Positions 13,962-24,519 of a DNA stretch of 64,000 nucleotides are shown here, in pieces. This DNA comes from Eukaryota sp. GEM-RC1 (Eukaryota). Position 1 is the first letter of the stretch. The number at the start of each line of letters is the position of its first letter. Where the stretch lies: contig JAUFOQ010000002.1 of assembly GCA_040285855.1 (NCBI GenBank), forward strand, positions 1,922,001 to 1,986,000, written 5' to 3'. A program made the position numbers and the translations under genes. The notes beneath the pieces are model-generated. The model worked only from the letters and a program-made list of their open reading frames with translations. It made no database searches and had not been told where the DNA came from.

Positions 13962-14584
13962 GTTAATACTGGTAAGTCAGACGCTTAAATCTACACGTAT
14001 AAAATAAATTACTTCAAATATTTCAAGGATACTGGTATAAAAGGACTAGTATAAATCAGTTTTCAATTAGATGAACTATCAAGAACCATTAAATGTCTAT
14101 TTTAATGGATACTGTTTTATCCCGCAAAGATTCTGTAAAACACTGATGTATCAATTTTTCACTAACAATAACACATCATTATATTGCATTATGTTGTGAT
14201 TGTGCATGTACCAACAATATAATACTGTTATTGTTTCTGTACCAACAATACCATATTGTTATTGTACTTATTGCAATAAATTGCATTATCAATATTTTTT
14301 TCCAATCTCTGTCTATCACGTAGGGGTCATTGGTCATACGTTAGACTATACTGACAAGATGATATTAGAACTCTGCTTGGTACTCAGCACGATCCCAATG
14401 AGACCGGTCAGGTGTTATTGGGAAGACAGTCAGTTAAAAGTCTATATGTGAATCAGCTCTGATGTGAACTGTTTAAAGGTCAAAAACACATAAACAGAAT
14501 ACAATAGAACATATACAGGGTTTACAACGATAAACAACACATAAACCAACTTACATATTGGCTGTAAAATTTATATATTTGCAT

Positions 14585-15030
14585 TTCTAATGACAACATT
14601 TGGTCATACAACATTTGTTATGAAAGTGTCGTATGTGTATTGAATTGTTGTTGCTGATAATTTTTTCTTCTATATGTAATGTCGTTAAATACAAACATTA
14701 AAATATACAATCTCAATTTATGAAACTTAAATAACACTACTATATCCCCCCATCACCCTCGCAAACATCACAGCCAAGGAATACGACTCCTTAAATCCAA
14801 TCCCGCAACAATATTCACACATCACTTCACGAAATTCATCCAATATTTCTAAACATTGTTCATTTCAAACCAATTCATCAGTTAAATCTAGTATCGACAC
14901 AACAAAAGTATTGGTCAACGACAACACATTAAAATACTTGGCCCTATCATTCAAATGAAAACTCAAAATTTCAACCATCAATAAATTTAAATCTTTTAAC
15001 AATTGAAGTTTCAATTCCATATTTGGAAGA
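14585..15030 (-). mobile_element. Remnant resembling the 3' end of the PIF1-helicase element at 45878-48390
   Basis: Minus frame ELKLQLL...VLSLTNTFVVSIL...QCLEILDEFREVMCEY aligns by eye with QFRLDLT...VKTIRNCYITVVI...YCRDVLVELFHVLKEY of ORF 47518..48354; followed by CAAATGTTGT repeats like the 48231 minisatellite unit. Confidence 0.4.
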
Positions 15031-15270
15031 CTGTGAAAAGATCAGAAATCGTCGCAAATCAAAACAAGCAAAGTATCGGTGAAGCCAAAGTTAATCTTTA
15101 AACTATTGGACAACTTCCAATGACGATAGGACACATGTACATAGTCATAATGTGTACATAATAAAATCACAATTCTTGAAATAATATGAAACAAACTACA
15201 ATGTAAACCTGATTGAGACATGAAATACAAAAAACACGTACAAAATGTACATGAACACCTCTAATTACCA

Positions 15271-15995
15271 TTAATAACGACGTCTGAGCTCTAAGATTTC
15301 AGCAGCACTCATAAAATCACCTTCTTTTGAAAAATGGTAAGGTAAACCGGTTGATTGTTGAGCTTTGAATGACGACATCTTTAACAAACAGGTTTCAGCT
15401 CGTTCTTTTGAAACTCAAAATGTTCAAAAACTCTCCAAATAATTTTGCGATCTAGTGTTGTTTTGAACTTGTCATATAGACTTTGCATAGCTCGGTTTCT
15501 TTCTTGCGCCAGGTTGTGAGCTGTTGTCGTCTCCTCTGTACTATAGAGGCTGTGAACATGATATCCCGGTAGGAAGCTGTTCAACCTTTTAAAAGACTCA
15601 AGTTCACTGGTAGATAATATACATTGAAAGGGGGGAAGTGTGTACAGAGCCTTGTTCAGTAGTTTCCATTCTTGTTGTAAAGGAATCGGTATTGAGCTGG
15701 TCAAAGATGAATGCTGTTGTGAGATTAACATCAAAGTCACAGAAAACAAGACTTGACCAGAGATCAGTAAGTGGTAGTTGAGGGAAAGTAAGTGAAAGAT
15801 GAGTTAAGTCATTTGATTGTCGCTTCAGAATCAAATGAGCATTAACGCCACCTGTTTCTAACACATGTTCCACGTGAAGTGGTGGAATGGCAGGAAAAAG
15901 ACGGATGTAAGAGTCAGTGCGTGAAGAACTACGGGCAGTAAAAAGGAGATGATCCAGTTCATCAGAGGGTTCGGTTACCGAAGACAGACTCTCAG
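15271..15995 (-). pseudogene. Truncated, frameshifted paralogue of the N-terminal CUE-like repeat region of 55099..58032
   Basis: Two copies of a roughly 65-aa unit (FPAIPPLHVEHV...LSLTFPQL...LWSSLVFCDF; FLPGYHVHSL...MQSLYDKF...IWRVFEHFEF); ends FSKEGDFMSAAEILEL, matching FSVESEFMNAAEVRDL in 55099..58032. Confidence 0.6.
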
Positions 15996-16384
15996 GAACA
16001 AAATTGAAACGTTAAATGTTTCATTGGCAAATACATGTACTACAGTAAAGAAAAATATTGTATTGCAAACAACATCACTCCGTATGTGTGCTTGTGAACC
16101 GTATAAAAATGGTGTGTATGTTTGCAGAAGGGTTCGGAAACACACGGTGTCTATGAGGTTTATGTGGTGAAAACTCCAGAATTTACGCTACATCGGATGT
16201 CCGGTATTTTTTTATTCTGTAATTTATGTATTCTCTATTTTATTATTTTTTGGTCGTGCATTTTACAACCATACTTAAATAACTTTAAAGTCATGAAAAG
16301 AAAGAAGACTTAATTCGGTGAATTTGCAAAAACAAACAAACAATACTAAGACTAAATCCAAATGATTTCATCTCTATCCTGTAA

Positions 16385-16972
16385 CAGGGGTGGGTAAACA
16401 ATATTGCAATAAATATGAATATTTTTTAGCCACAAAATAAATATTGCAATATTGCAACAATATGAATCATATGATGTACTTACTACAAAAAACCCACAAG
16501 TTCTGCTGTCCATCATCATCAGAAGTATCCGAAATAATCTCAATACCATTATCTACATCTTCAAGTTTTTTACTGCTCATGATAAGTCTTACAGTAGTTC
16601 CCAAAAAAATCACTCTTTTCTTTCCTCATTATTTGCATTTTAGGGCTGGAGGGCTTCAGAAGAAATGGCTTCAGAAGAAAGAATTTACATTGTACTTCAG
16701 TAAACACTCGAACTGAGCTCAAATGACAGACATTATGATAATACAACAACTAGAAATCATCACCGATAAATCAACTCTCACTATATTTAAACACATAAGA
16801 CAACAAAACGGGTTTTGGGAGTCCAAATGGTGAAGTAAAACAACAAAATGAACAAGTAAATTTATATAAGCAATATTGCAATAATGCAATAATTAACCGG
16901 TGTAACAATAAATATTGCTCCACCTCAAAGAGCGGAAATAAATATTGGAGCAATATTGTTTTCCCACTCCTG
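16385..16972. mobile_element. hAT-type MITE
   Basis: TIRs CAGG(G/A)GTGGG(T/A)AAACAATATTGC; perfect 8-bp TSD TCCTGTAA (16377-16384, 16973-16980); ATATTGCAAT subterminal repeats; no credible ORF. Confidence 0.88.
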
Positions 16973-17355
16973 TCCTGTAATAGATTTCGTTTTTCAACAT
17001 TATCCTTCACACCAAACTTGTACAATTTCTCAACTAATCGAGGGAAAAAGAAATGCAAATTCCGATAAATGGAAAAAACAAAACGGTTTTTCCATTCAGC
17101 CATTCTAAACTTATTTTTCTTTTCTTTACAAAGTTCTTCTAAATCCTTGAAAAAATGGTCACCTGACTACTCGATCCAAATAAAAGAAAAGTCAAAAGGT
17201 TGAAAGCCCATTATTGGGACACTGTACACATTACTGTTCTCTTACAATGATTTTTAAAAAAGAATATTTGGTCATGAACAAAAAAATAAAAACAATTTAT
17301 ATTCAAAAAGAGACAAGAAAAGAGCTAGAAAAAAGGACAAAGACTTGACAATAAG

Positions 17356-18513
17356 CTAGAAATCCAACACTTTCGAAACTTCCCAAGTATAAGAGGGATT
17401 TCCAAAGTGACCATTGGCAGCCGTTGGCCTATAATTAGGCTTGGTTAAATCTAATTGTTCAATAATAGCACCCAACGAACAATCAAAATTCTTATTGATG
17501 ACTTCCAGAATAAAGTCATCTCCTTTAGTAGCAGTACCAAAAGTATCAACATAAATAGACAAAGGACGAGCTAGCCCAATAGCATAAGACAACTGGACTA
17601 AAATCCTCTTACAGAGACCAGCAGCAACAACACTTTTAGCAATCCAGCGAGCCATGTAACAAGCAGATCTATCTACCTTAGTGTAATCCTTTCCAGAGAA
17701 AGCACCACCTCCATGGGCTCCCCAACCTCCATAAGTATCTACAATGATCTTACGACCGGTGAGACCGGCATCAGCAGCAGGACCTCCAGTAACGAATTCA
17801 CCTGAAGGATTAATGTGGTAGATGGTGGCATCATCAAGCATATCGCAGGGAACGATGGGATTAACTACATGCTCAATCATGGCTTTCTGGATGTCAGCGT
17901 TAGAGATTCCACGGTCATGTTGGGTAGAGATGACAATGGTGTGAACACGGATGGGAACATATCCACCGTCTTCAATCTTGTATTCGACAGTGACTTGAGT
18001 CTTGCCGTCAGGGCGTAACCAAGGTAGAATACCTTTCTTACGGACATCAGCTAAGCGACGGGAGAGACGTGTAGCAAGAAGATGGGAGAGGGGCATGAAC
18101 TCAGCGGTTTCGTTTGTAGCGTAACCAAACATGATACCCTGATCTCCGGCACCGAGTTCTTCCTTAGCTCGACCAACATGAACTCCGCGAGCAATTTCGC
18201 CGGACTGAACAGTGATGTGCTGAACGACTCCGCAAGTCTTGTAATCGATACCTTTCTCAACGTCGTCGTATCCAATGAACTGTAAGGTCTCTCTTACAAC
18301 CCGTTCAAAATCAACTGAAGCAGTGGTGGTGATTTCTCCCAGAAGAAAGATGTTGTTGTTCTTAGCAGCAGTTTCAATAGCAACTTTAGCAAGAGGGTCT
18401 TCCTTTAGACAGGCGTCAAGGATAGCATCCGAAACCTGATCGCAAACCTTATCAGGATGGCCTTCAGTCACTGACTCAGAGGTGAAGAGCATGGTTGGAG
18501 AAGATAGGGTCAT
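17356..18513 (-). CDS. MAT: S-adenosylmethionine synthetase (methionine adenosyltransferase)
   Basis: [59 protein letters not shown] is open to 18570; ATG at 18513 fits the usual N-terminus better. Confidence 0.97.
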   Translation of the reverse strand: MTLSSPTMLFTSESVTEGHPDKVCDQVSDAILDACLKEDPLAKVAIETAAKNNNIFLLGEITTTASVDFERVVRETLQFIGYDDVEKGIDYKTCGVVQHITVQSGEIARGVHVGRAKEELGAGDQGIMFGYATNETAEFMPLSHLLATRLSRRLADVRKKGILPWLRPDGKTQVTVEYKIEDGGYVPIRVHTIVISTQHDRGISNADIQKAMIEHVVNPIVPCDMLDDATIYHINPSGEFVTGGPAADAGLTGRKIIVDTYGGWGAHGGGAFSGKDYTKVDRSACYMARWIAKSVVAAGLCKRILVQLSYAIGLARPLSIYVDTFGTATKGDDFILEVINKNFDCSLGAIIEQLDLTKPNYRPTAANGHFGNPSYTWEVSKVLDF

Positions 18514-18741
18514 GTTGGTTTGGAAAAGGTCAAAAATATCTTTGGAAAGAATTTCAACTCCACGTTTCATTGCAGGTTACAATGTCGACGACTTCAAACC
18601 GTCTCCTCCACCTGAAACAGCAACTGTCTCCTTGACCCAACAAGACACCTTTGAGAACCCCACGTTTCCCATATTATTGATGACGTTTATTAGATTAAGT
18701 AGTTACAATACAAAATAGTGTACAAATTAGTGTACAAACAA

Positions 18742-20789
18742 TCATGAAAAGCGTTGTTTCATACTATCAAATTGTTCTCGCAGCTTTTTCAGCTTATCGT
18801 CAAAGGAATTCCCAGAATCTTGAGCACTTTCTTGATGCATAGACGACTGAAGAGTAGCAAGTCTATCCGAAAGAGAATCTTTAAAATCAGTAGTTGTCTG
18901 AATTGGTGACGTCACTTGTTCTTCCTGCCACGTGGAATGACGTGATAAAGGAGTTCTTGGAGACGCGGGTACGCTGTGGGCTAACTCCAAATGACGTTTC
19001 CTAAGAGCTCTAAGTTCAGTTGTAAGTGCATCTCTTTCAGACTCCAAAGCTTTTGTTTTGATTTCTAATTCCTTTACCTTAGCTTGAGCAGAGAAAGCGG
19101 AGTCGCTATGCTTTTCAGAAGAAGTCCTCGCTTGGGAAAGTTCTGACTTTAACATTTGAATTTGAGAGGAAAGTTCTAAAGAATCACTATCAGCAGACTC
19201 CTGAGCTTTTTGAAGAGAATTACTCAGAGAATTGATTTTGCCTTCATTCCTTGCTAATTCAAGCTGAAGTTCATTAATATGTTCAGTTAATTCGTGTTGT
19301 TTCTTGGTTTCAGCTTCAATTAAATTCTTATAATACTGCAAATCATTTTCTAAATTTTCATTTCGTTGCCGTTCCCTTTCTAACTCCTCTTCATGTTCAT
19401 GCACCTTCTCCATCCGTTCTTCTTGTCTACTAAGTTGTTTCTCTTGACTTCTAAGTTGTTGTAAGAGGATACGTGACTGGAGAGCAGCACTGGCCTCATC
19501 TTCAATGGCTTTTTCTAATTCTACAGTCTTTTCTTTAAGGAGTTCTTCAGATTCTTGGAGAGATGATTGAGTGGCTACAAGGGAGGTTCTTAGATCAGCT
19601 ATTAATGACTCAGATTCACGTAGTTTTTGGAGCCAATGATGACGTTTCTGATTGCAATTCATCGTGAGCACTGGTGACGTCATTGAATTCTTGATCAAGA
19701 GAAGATAATTTGGATTCCAAATTTTGAATTGTCGATATTTGATCATCTTGTTCTGATTGAAGGTCACTAATCAAGGATTCTTTTTGAGCTAGTTGATGAG
19801 TGAGCTCATCAGTTCTATTTTTAGAAGTTTGAAGTGAACTGTCGAGTGATTGATTCAAAGAAAAAGCACGACCAAGTTGTTGTTCTAGTGATGAAATAGT
19901 GGAATTTAAAGAAGAATTATCAGCAGTAAATTGATCAACTTTGATTAACAACTCTTGATTACTGGACTTTAATTCTCGGATTTGTTTCTCAGATGTGGAT
20001 TTAAGATCATCAAGTTCTTTAATCAATTCTGATTTGTCAGAGTGAAGCTCATCAACTTGTGATTTCAACTGGTCAATTTCAATCAAAAATCGGCTATTTG
20101 ATTGCTTTAACTTATACATTTCGTCTTCTTTCCCCTCCAAAATCTCTTCAAATTCCCTTGTAGTAGCTTCTTTCTCTTCATGACTAGTTCTTGCTTGTTC
20201 CAGAGCATCCTCTTGAGCTTGTTGACTTTCCCTTGCATAGTCAAGAAGAGCAGCTTTTTCTTCTTCTAGGGTGCTTATTCGAGTCTTTAACATGTCAACT
20301 TCATTTTCATATCGATCAATTTTGCCTTCAATAGATTTTTGTATCTAAAGCTTCACGAAGCACTTCAATGTAAGCTTTACTCTCTTCATTTGCAGTTTCT
20401 TCTCGAAGTAAAGCTTCACGAAGTCTTCGTACTTCTGTACTGAGTTCAGCAAGTTGACGGTTGGTGGAAGAAGAAGGAGTGGAAGGAACTGTACGACGCT
20501 GGGCATCACGAAGTTGTTTTTGAGTAGAGTTGAGATCAGATGAGAGCTTCTTATTCTCTTTTCGAAGCTTATCTATTGAAGTGGTTTTCTCAGCCAAAGA
20601 AGCTGCTTGTCGCTGGACTTTAGCAGCCAGTTTGCGATTAAATTCAGTGGAAATATTGTCATCAAAAGAAGAATACTCCTGTTGATGTTCCAATTCAGAA
20701 CGAGAACCAGTTACAGAGGGATGAAGAGGAGGTTTTGTTGAAGAAAAAGATGACGGAGGAGAATCTGGCGGTGATTCATAATCCAGCAT
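18742..20789 (-). CDS. Long coiled-coil protein (about 680 aa), split into three ORFs by two single-base indels
   Basis: ORFs 20328..20789, 19616..20293 and 18742..19767 join after removing one A from the run near 20338 and one base near 19630; heptad-rich E/K/L/Q sequence. Family not recognised. Confidence 0.7.
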
Positions 20790-20827
20790 TGGACTTAAGT
20801 GTAAGAGAATTGGAAAACCTTTTTCTC

Positions 20828-22036
20828 ATGACTGATGACTTTGTTGCATCTCTTCCTCGTATACCAGAACTCCTTAAGGGTAAAGCTCCTGAATTCATAC
20901 AATCCAATTCTTTAATCAAATTGGCTCGTCTTGTTGGTAGAGCTTTCTATAACCCCATGACCTTTGTTGTTCTTGATGCTGTACTCCGTTGTGGTACTGT
21001 TCATGATGAAGAACTTGGAGAAAAAATGGGTCTTCCTATCCGTATACTACGAGAGAATCTTCAACAACTTGAAAATGACCTCCTTATACAATCTGAGAAC
21101 ATTAAAATGCCAAGAGGACAGGGAGGAACCAGAACCTACCATTACATTGACTGGAAGATATTCTTGGATGGTGTTCGTTATCGTCTTAGTAAAATGCAAG
21201 AGTTTGTAGACAGTAAGCTTGTTGGTCTGAAGGAAGATATTCATTATCAATGTACAAACAGTGAATGTGGGTATATTGTATCTCCCTTAGAAGCGCAGCG
21301 TTTGTTAGATCCTCGAACATATCATTTTATTTGTGAACTATGCGAACATCCTCTTAGAGAACAAGAAGTGGCTTATGAAACACAACAAATGCTGAGTCTA
21401 CAGGAAAAAATGGAAAGAGAATTGAAACAGATCAAGGATTTATTGGAAGACTGCAACAGGTACAAGATCCCTAAGGAATCTAGAAGGGATGCTGGTTCTG
21501 TCAAAACACAGGCAGAAATTAATAGAATCCGGCAAGAGTTTGGAAGACCTGGAAAATATGGTTCTTCTCGAGATATCAAGAGGACGTATGGATCTGGTCC
21601 GCGAACGTCTGGAAAGTCAGAAAGCATGCAACATATTCAGTCTGATGCACTAAAGTTTAACGTTGTGCTTATAGACAGTGAGGGTTCGCAAAGTGATGTG
21701 AAGTTGTCAGTTCCCTCGAAGAAAGGTCCTGAATGGTTTGAAAAGCCAAGAGAAGAGTTGGATGTGGCTCCTACGGAAATGGTGGCTTCTTCAGAGTCAG
21801 TAAATACTATCCCCATTGTGACTGCTGAGGAAAGTGCTTATGTTGATGACTATCTGAACAAGCAAATACTTGGAGCTGATATAGTAGCTCAACCTGTTGA
21901 GAGTATGACTGCCGAAGCTGAAGAAGTATATGTGTTGGTGGGAGGTCAACGAAAACGTTTGGCTGATGTTACGGATGAAGATGCAGACATGATGACTGAA
22001 GAAGAATATCAAGCGTATTATTTGCTTCAGACTTGA
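20828..22036 (+). CDS. TFA1: Transcription initiation factor TFIIE alpha subunit
   Basis: LARLVGRAFY...VVLDAVLR winged helix, TYHYIDW, zinc ribbon YQCTNSEC...FICELCEHPL, C-terminal VLVGG...DMMTEEEYQAYY. Start could alternatively be ATG 20750. Confidence 0.9.
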   Translation: MTDDFVASLPRIPELLKGKAPEFIQSNSLIKLARLVGRAFYNPMTFVVLDAVLRCGTVHDEELGEKMGLPIRILRENLQQLENDLLIQSENIKMPRGQGGTRTYHYIDWKIFLDGVRYRLSKMQEFVDSKLVGLKEDIHYQCTNSECGYIVSPLEAQRLLDPRTYHFICELCEHPLREQEVAYETQQMLSLQEKMERELKQIKDLLEDCNRYKIPKESRRDAGSVKTQAEINRIRQEFGRPGKYGSSRDIKRTYGSGPRTSGKSESMQHIQSDALKFNVVLIDSEGSQSDVKLSVPSKKGPEWFEKPREELDVAPTEMVASSESVNTIPIVTAEESAYVDDYLNKQILGADIVAQPVESMTAEAEEVYVLVGGQRKRLADVTDEDADMMTEEEYQAYYLLQT

Positions 22037-22477
22037 AGAATCATTTTCTATACATGTTCTCAATACCTTCCACTCCTGCTATCTCTAGTGGCTCTGGTAG
22101 CAACATCTCAGTCATATCTTTTTACTGGAACAAACAGTTTCATATACTATCTGATACTTTAGTGTCTGCAAATGCAATATTTCACTGTGTTGATTATAAA
22201 CCCTATTTTTTTGTTTACTGTCAATAAAACTGTTGTTTAAGATTACAGTGCTGTTCTTAGGTTATATGTTAAAAAACAACTCAATTGTGTTAGATCTACA
22301 CCACAGCGTTCTCTGAGATATTATATTGCATTCAAGGAAATATACAGTTCTGTCAAGATTCTAGCAAAAGAGAGAAGTTGTCAAGATTTTAGTCAGTTTT
22401 GTGAAGATTATAGTCAAACTCTGAAGTGTCCAGACAAGCCAGATCAAATTTTGTTTTGTAACTACATCAATTGGTTT

Positions 22478-22595
22478 AATTAGTGTGGACCACACTAATT
22501 TTCATGTCTTTTTCAGCTCGTAGAATTTAAAGTTAGTGTGAACCACACTAGATATAATCCACACTAGTTATAATTGAATAAAAATAGTGTGGATT
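22478..22595. repeat. Cluster of three TAGTGTGG/CCACACTA palindromes
   Basis: AATTAGTGTGG-A-CCACACTAATT (22478-22500), TAGTGTGAACCACACTA (22534-22550), AATCCACACTA...TAGTGTGGATT (22556-22595). Confidence 0.7.
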
Positions 22596-23000
22596 CAAAT
22601 ATTTTTTAAGGATGTTTATATAATTGTAGTAGGTGTTGTGTATATTCTTGGTGATCCTCAACTGGAGACCATACTAGAGGTCTCAAACCATTATAGTTCC
22701 GTTCTGTCTTTCAAACTACATGTGACAGACCTTTGTTCAAAAAGACGTGTTTTGAGAACATGTGTTGGAAATTAAAATTGTGACAAACTTTTCACCACAA
22801 TGCATAGTCCTGCACTTATTCAAAATGCCATAGGCTGCATCTTTGGTAATTCGCTCAGTTCTGACAGAGACCAAACTGCCCCAATCCCAATTCTTGACAT
22901 TCATCATTCTTCTTTGATATCTTGGCCTTGATACCGTGTGGGTTCTTCCTGCTTGCGTTTTAATGAATAGCGGCATGCCGTGCATGCAAATATCTCCAAC

Positions 23001-23763
23001 ACACCATTGATCACTTGAAGCTTCTATGTGAACTGCTGGAAGGAGTGCCACCTAACATGCAAGGAATAATATTTGCTGGAAATCAACTCGAATGCGGCAG
23101 ATCAGTTGGATCTTACAACATAATGAAAGAAGATACGGTCCATCTTGTTCTCCATCTTCGAGGTGGTGTTGGACTAAACGATCAGTACAAATGTGATTTA
23201 AAACGAGAAATCGATCTCCCTCACAGTTATGATTTCACAAAACAAAGTGATGATGGTACTGTGTTCTTCCGTGGTAAATTCAGATACTACCGACCATATG
23301 GATGGAACAGAATTGCGATCAAGGTTTTAGACAGATTTAACGACGGAAATAGTTGGCTTGGATCAAGTGGTTACAGAAAAAATACAGATGATGGCTTGTT
23401 GCGAATGGCCTGTTTCTTATCATGGCACCAGTAGTAACAATGCAAAATGCATTGCAAAAGACGGTTTTGAAGTATCAAAGGGAAGACGATTTCTCTTTGG
23501 TCGAGGTTTGTGCTGTATTAATGTACATAACCTCAGGTATTTACACTACTCCTGACATTGAGGTAGCTGAGAAATATGCTCAAGTGTTTAAGCATGAAGG
23601 GAATTACTACAAAGTGATCATACAAAACAGAGTCAATCCTGATCCTAATCGTTTACAAATCATTTCAAAGGACAAAACTGGGTTAGGAGAATACTGGGTT
23701 TCAAAGAACAACAGTGATGTTAGGCCTTATGGAATCATGCTTAAGGAACTTGTAAATAATTGA
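23001..23763 (+). pseudogene. Ubiquitin-like domain fused to an H-Y-E type ADP-ribosyltransferase (PARP/Gig2/NEURL4-like fold); disrupted
   Basis: [50 protein letters not shown], then [44 protein letters not shown] (after splicing), AEKYA, IQNRVNP, GEYWV, VRPYGI. Frameshift near 23395; the ubiquitin N-terminus is missing on this strand. Confidence 0.75.
23506..23536 (+). other. 31-nt spliceosomal intron
   Basis: GTTTGT...CCTCAG; removal restores frame and the motif GRGIYTTP. Confidence 0.8.
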
Positions 23764-24441
23764 CTTCCAATGTATACAGTCTACTTTGGATTTAGTGTCG
23801 CATACTGGCAGACCTTTACTGTACTGGATTCACTCTTCTGCGACAATAAATAATTGTTCATGACTTTTTCTCAACTTCTAGTGTACAAGTCCAATAAAAA
23901 GTCTTGAATCAAAAAGGTGAATTCCTTGAACTCAACTAAATTGAGGGGTTTTCCGACTTGCTTTCAAAATTACGGTAATCAATTGAAACAATTTCAAATA
24001 TTTTTGATGGTGTTTTTCTGTCATAATATATATTAATACACTGAAATCAGGTCCTAGACACTGTCATAGTGGAAGATGAATTCTCATCGACTCTAGCTCA
24101 ATCCGTTTGTTTTCCACCCTTTTGCTATTTCATTTTACGGAACGTTTGGTCTTATAGGACAGAAATTTTTCACATCGTTCGACAAATTGTGTAAGCAGTA
24201 TTTTAATGAAAGTAAGTGGAGATAAAGGTTTATCATTTTCCATCTTTAAAACATTATTTAGGTATTTTGATTCGATTTTAAACCGTCTCTTTGAACTGAG
24301 ACTTGAATGTAAGATGTTGTAGAGGTGTTTTTATCTCCTTTGTTAATGTTGATGATGTTCTTTATTTGTAATTGTATATAAAAGGCGTTTTTAGTGGACA
24401 GTATGGCAGTTTATTAGGGCACAACACAAGTCATGAGAATG

Positions 24442-24519
24442 TGTTAGTGTCATGACTCATCAGGACCTATTTGTATAATAAATTCACTTTTCACTCTTAC
24501 ATGGTACCGAAGACCAACA
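24442..24519 (+). repeat. 5' LTR (78 bp)
   Basis: TGTTAGTGTC...AGACCAACA, identical to 30639-30716. Confidence 0.92.

Noticed and set aside
24438..24445. 8-bp TSD AATGTGTT for the LTR element
   Set aside because: TGTT belongs to both LTR starts (TG...CA ends); only AATG is duplicated target.
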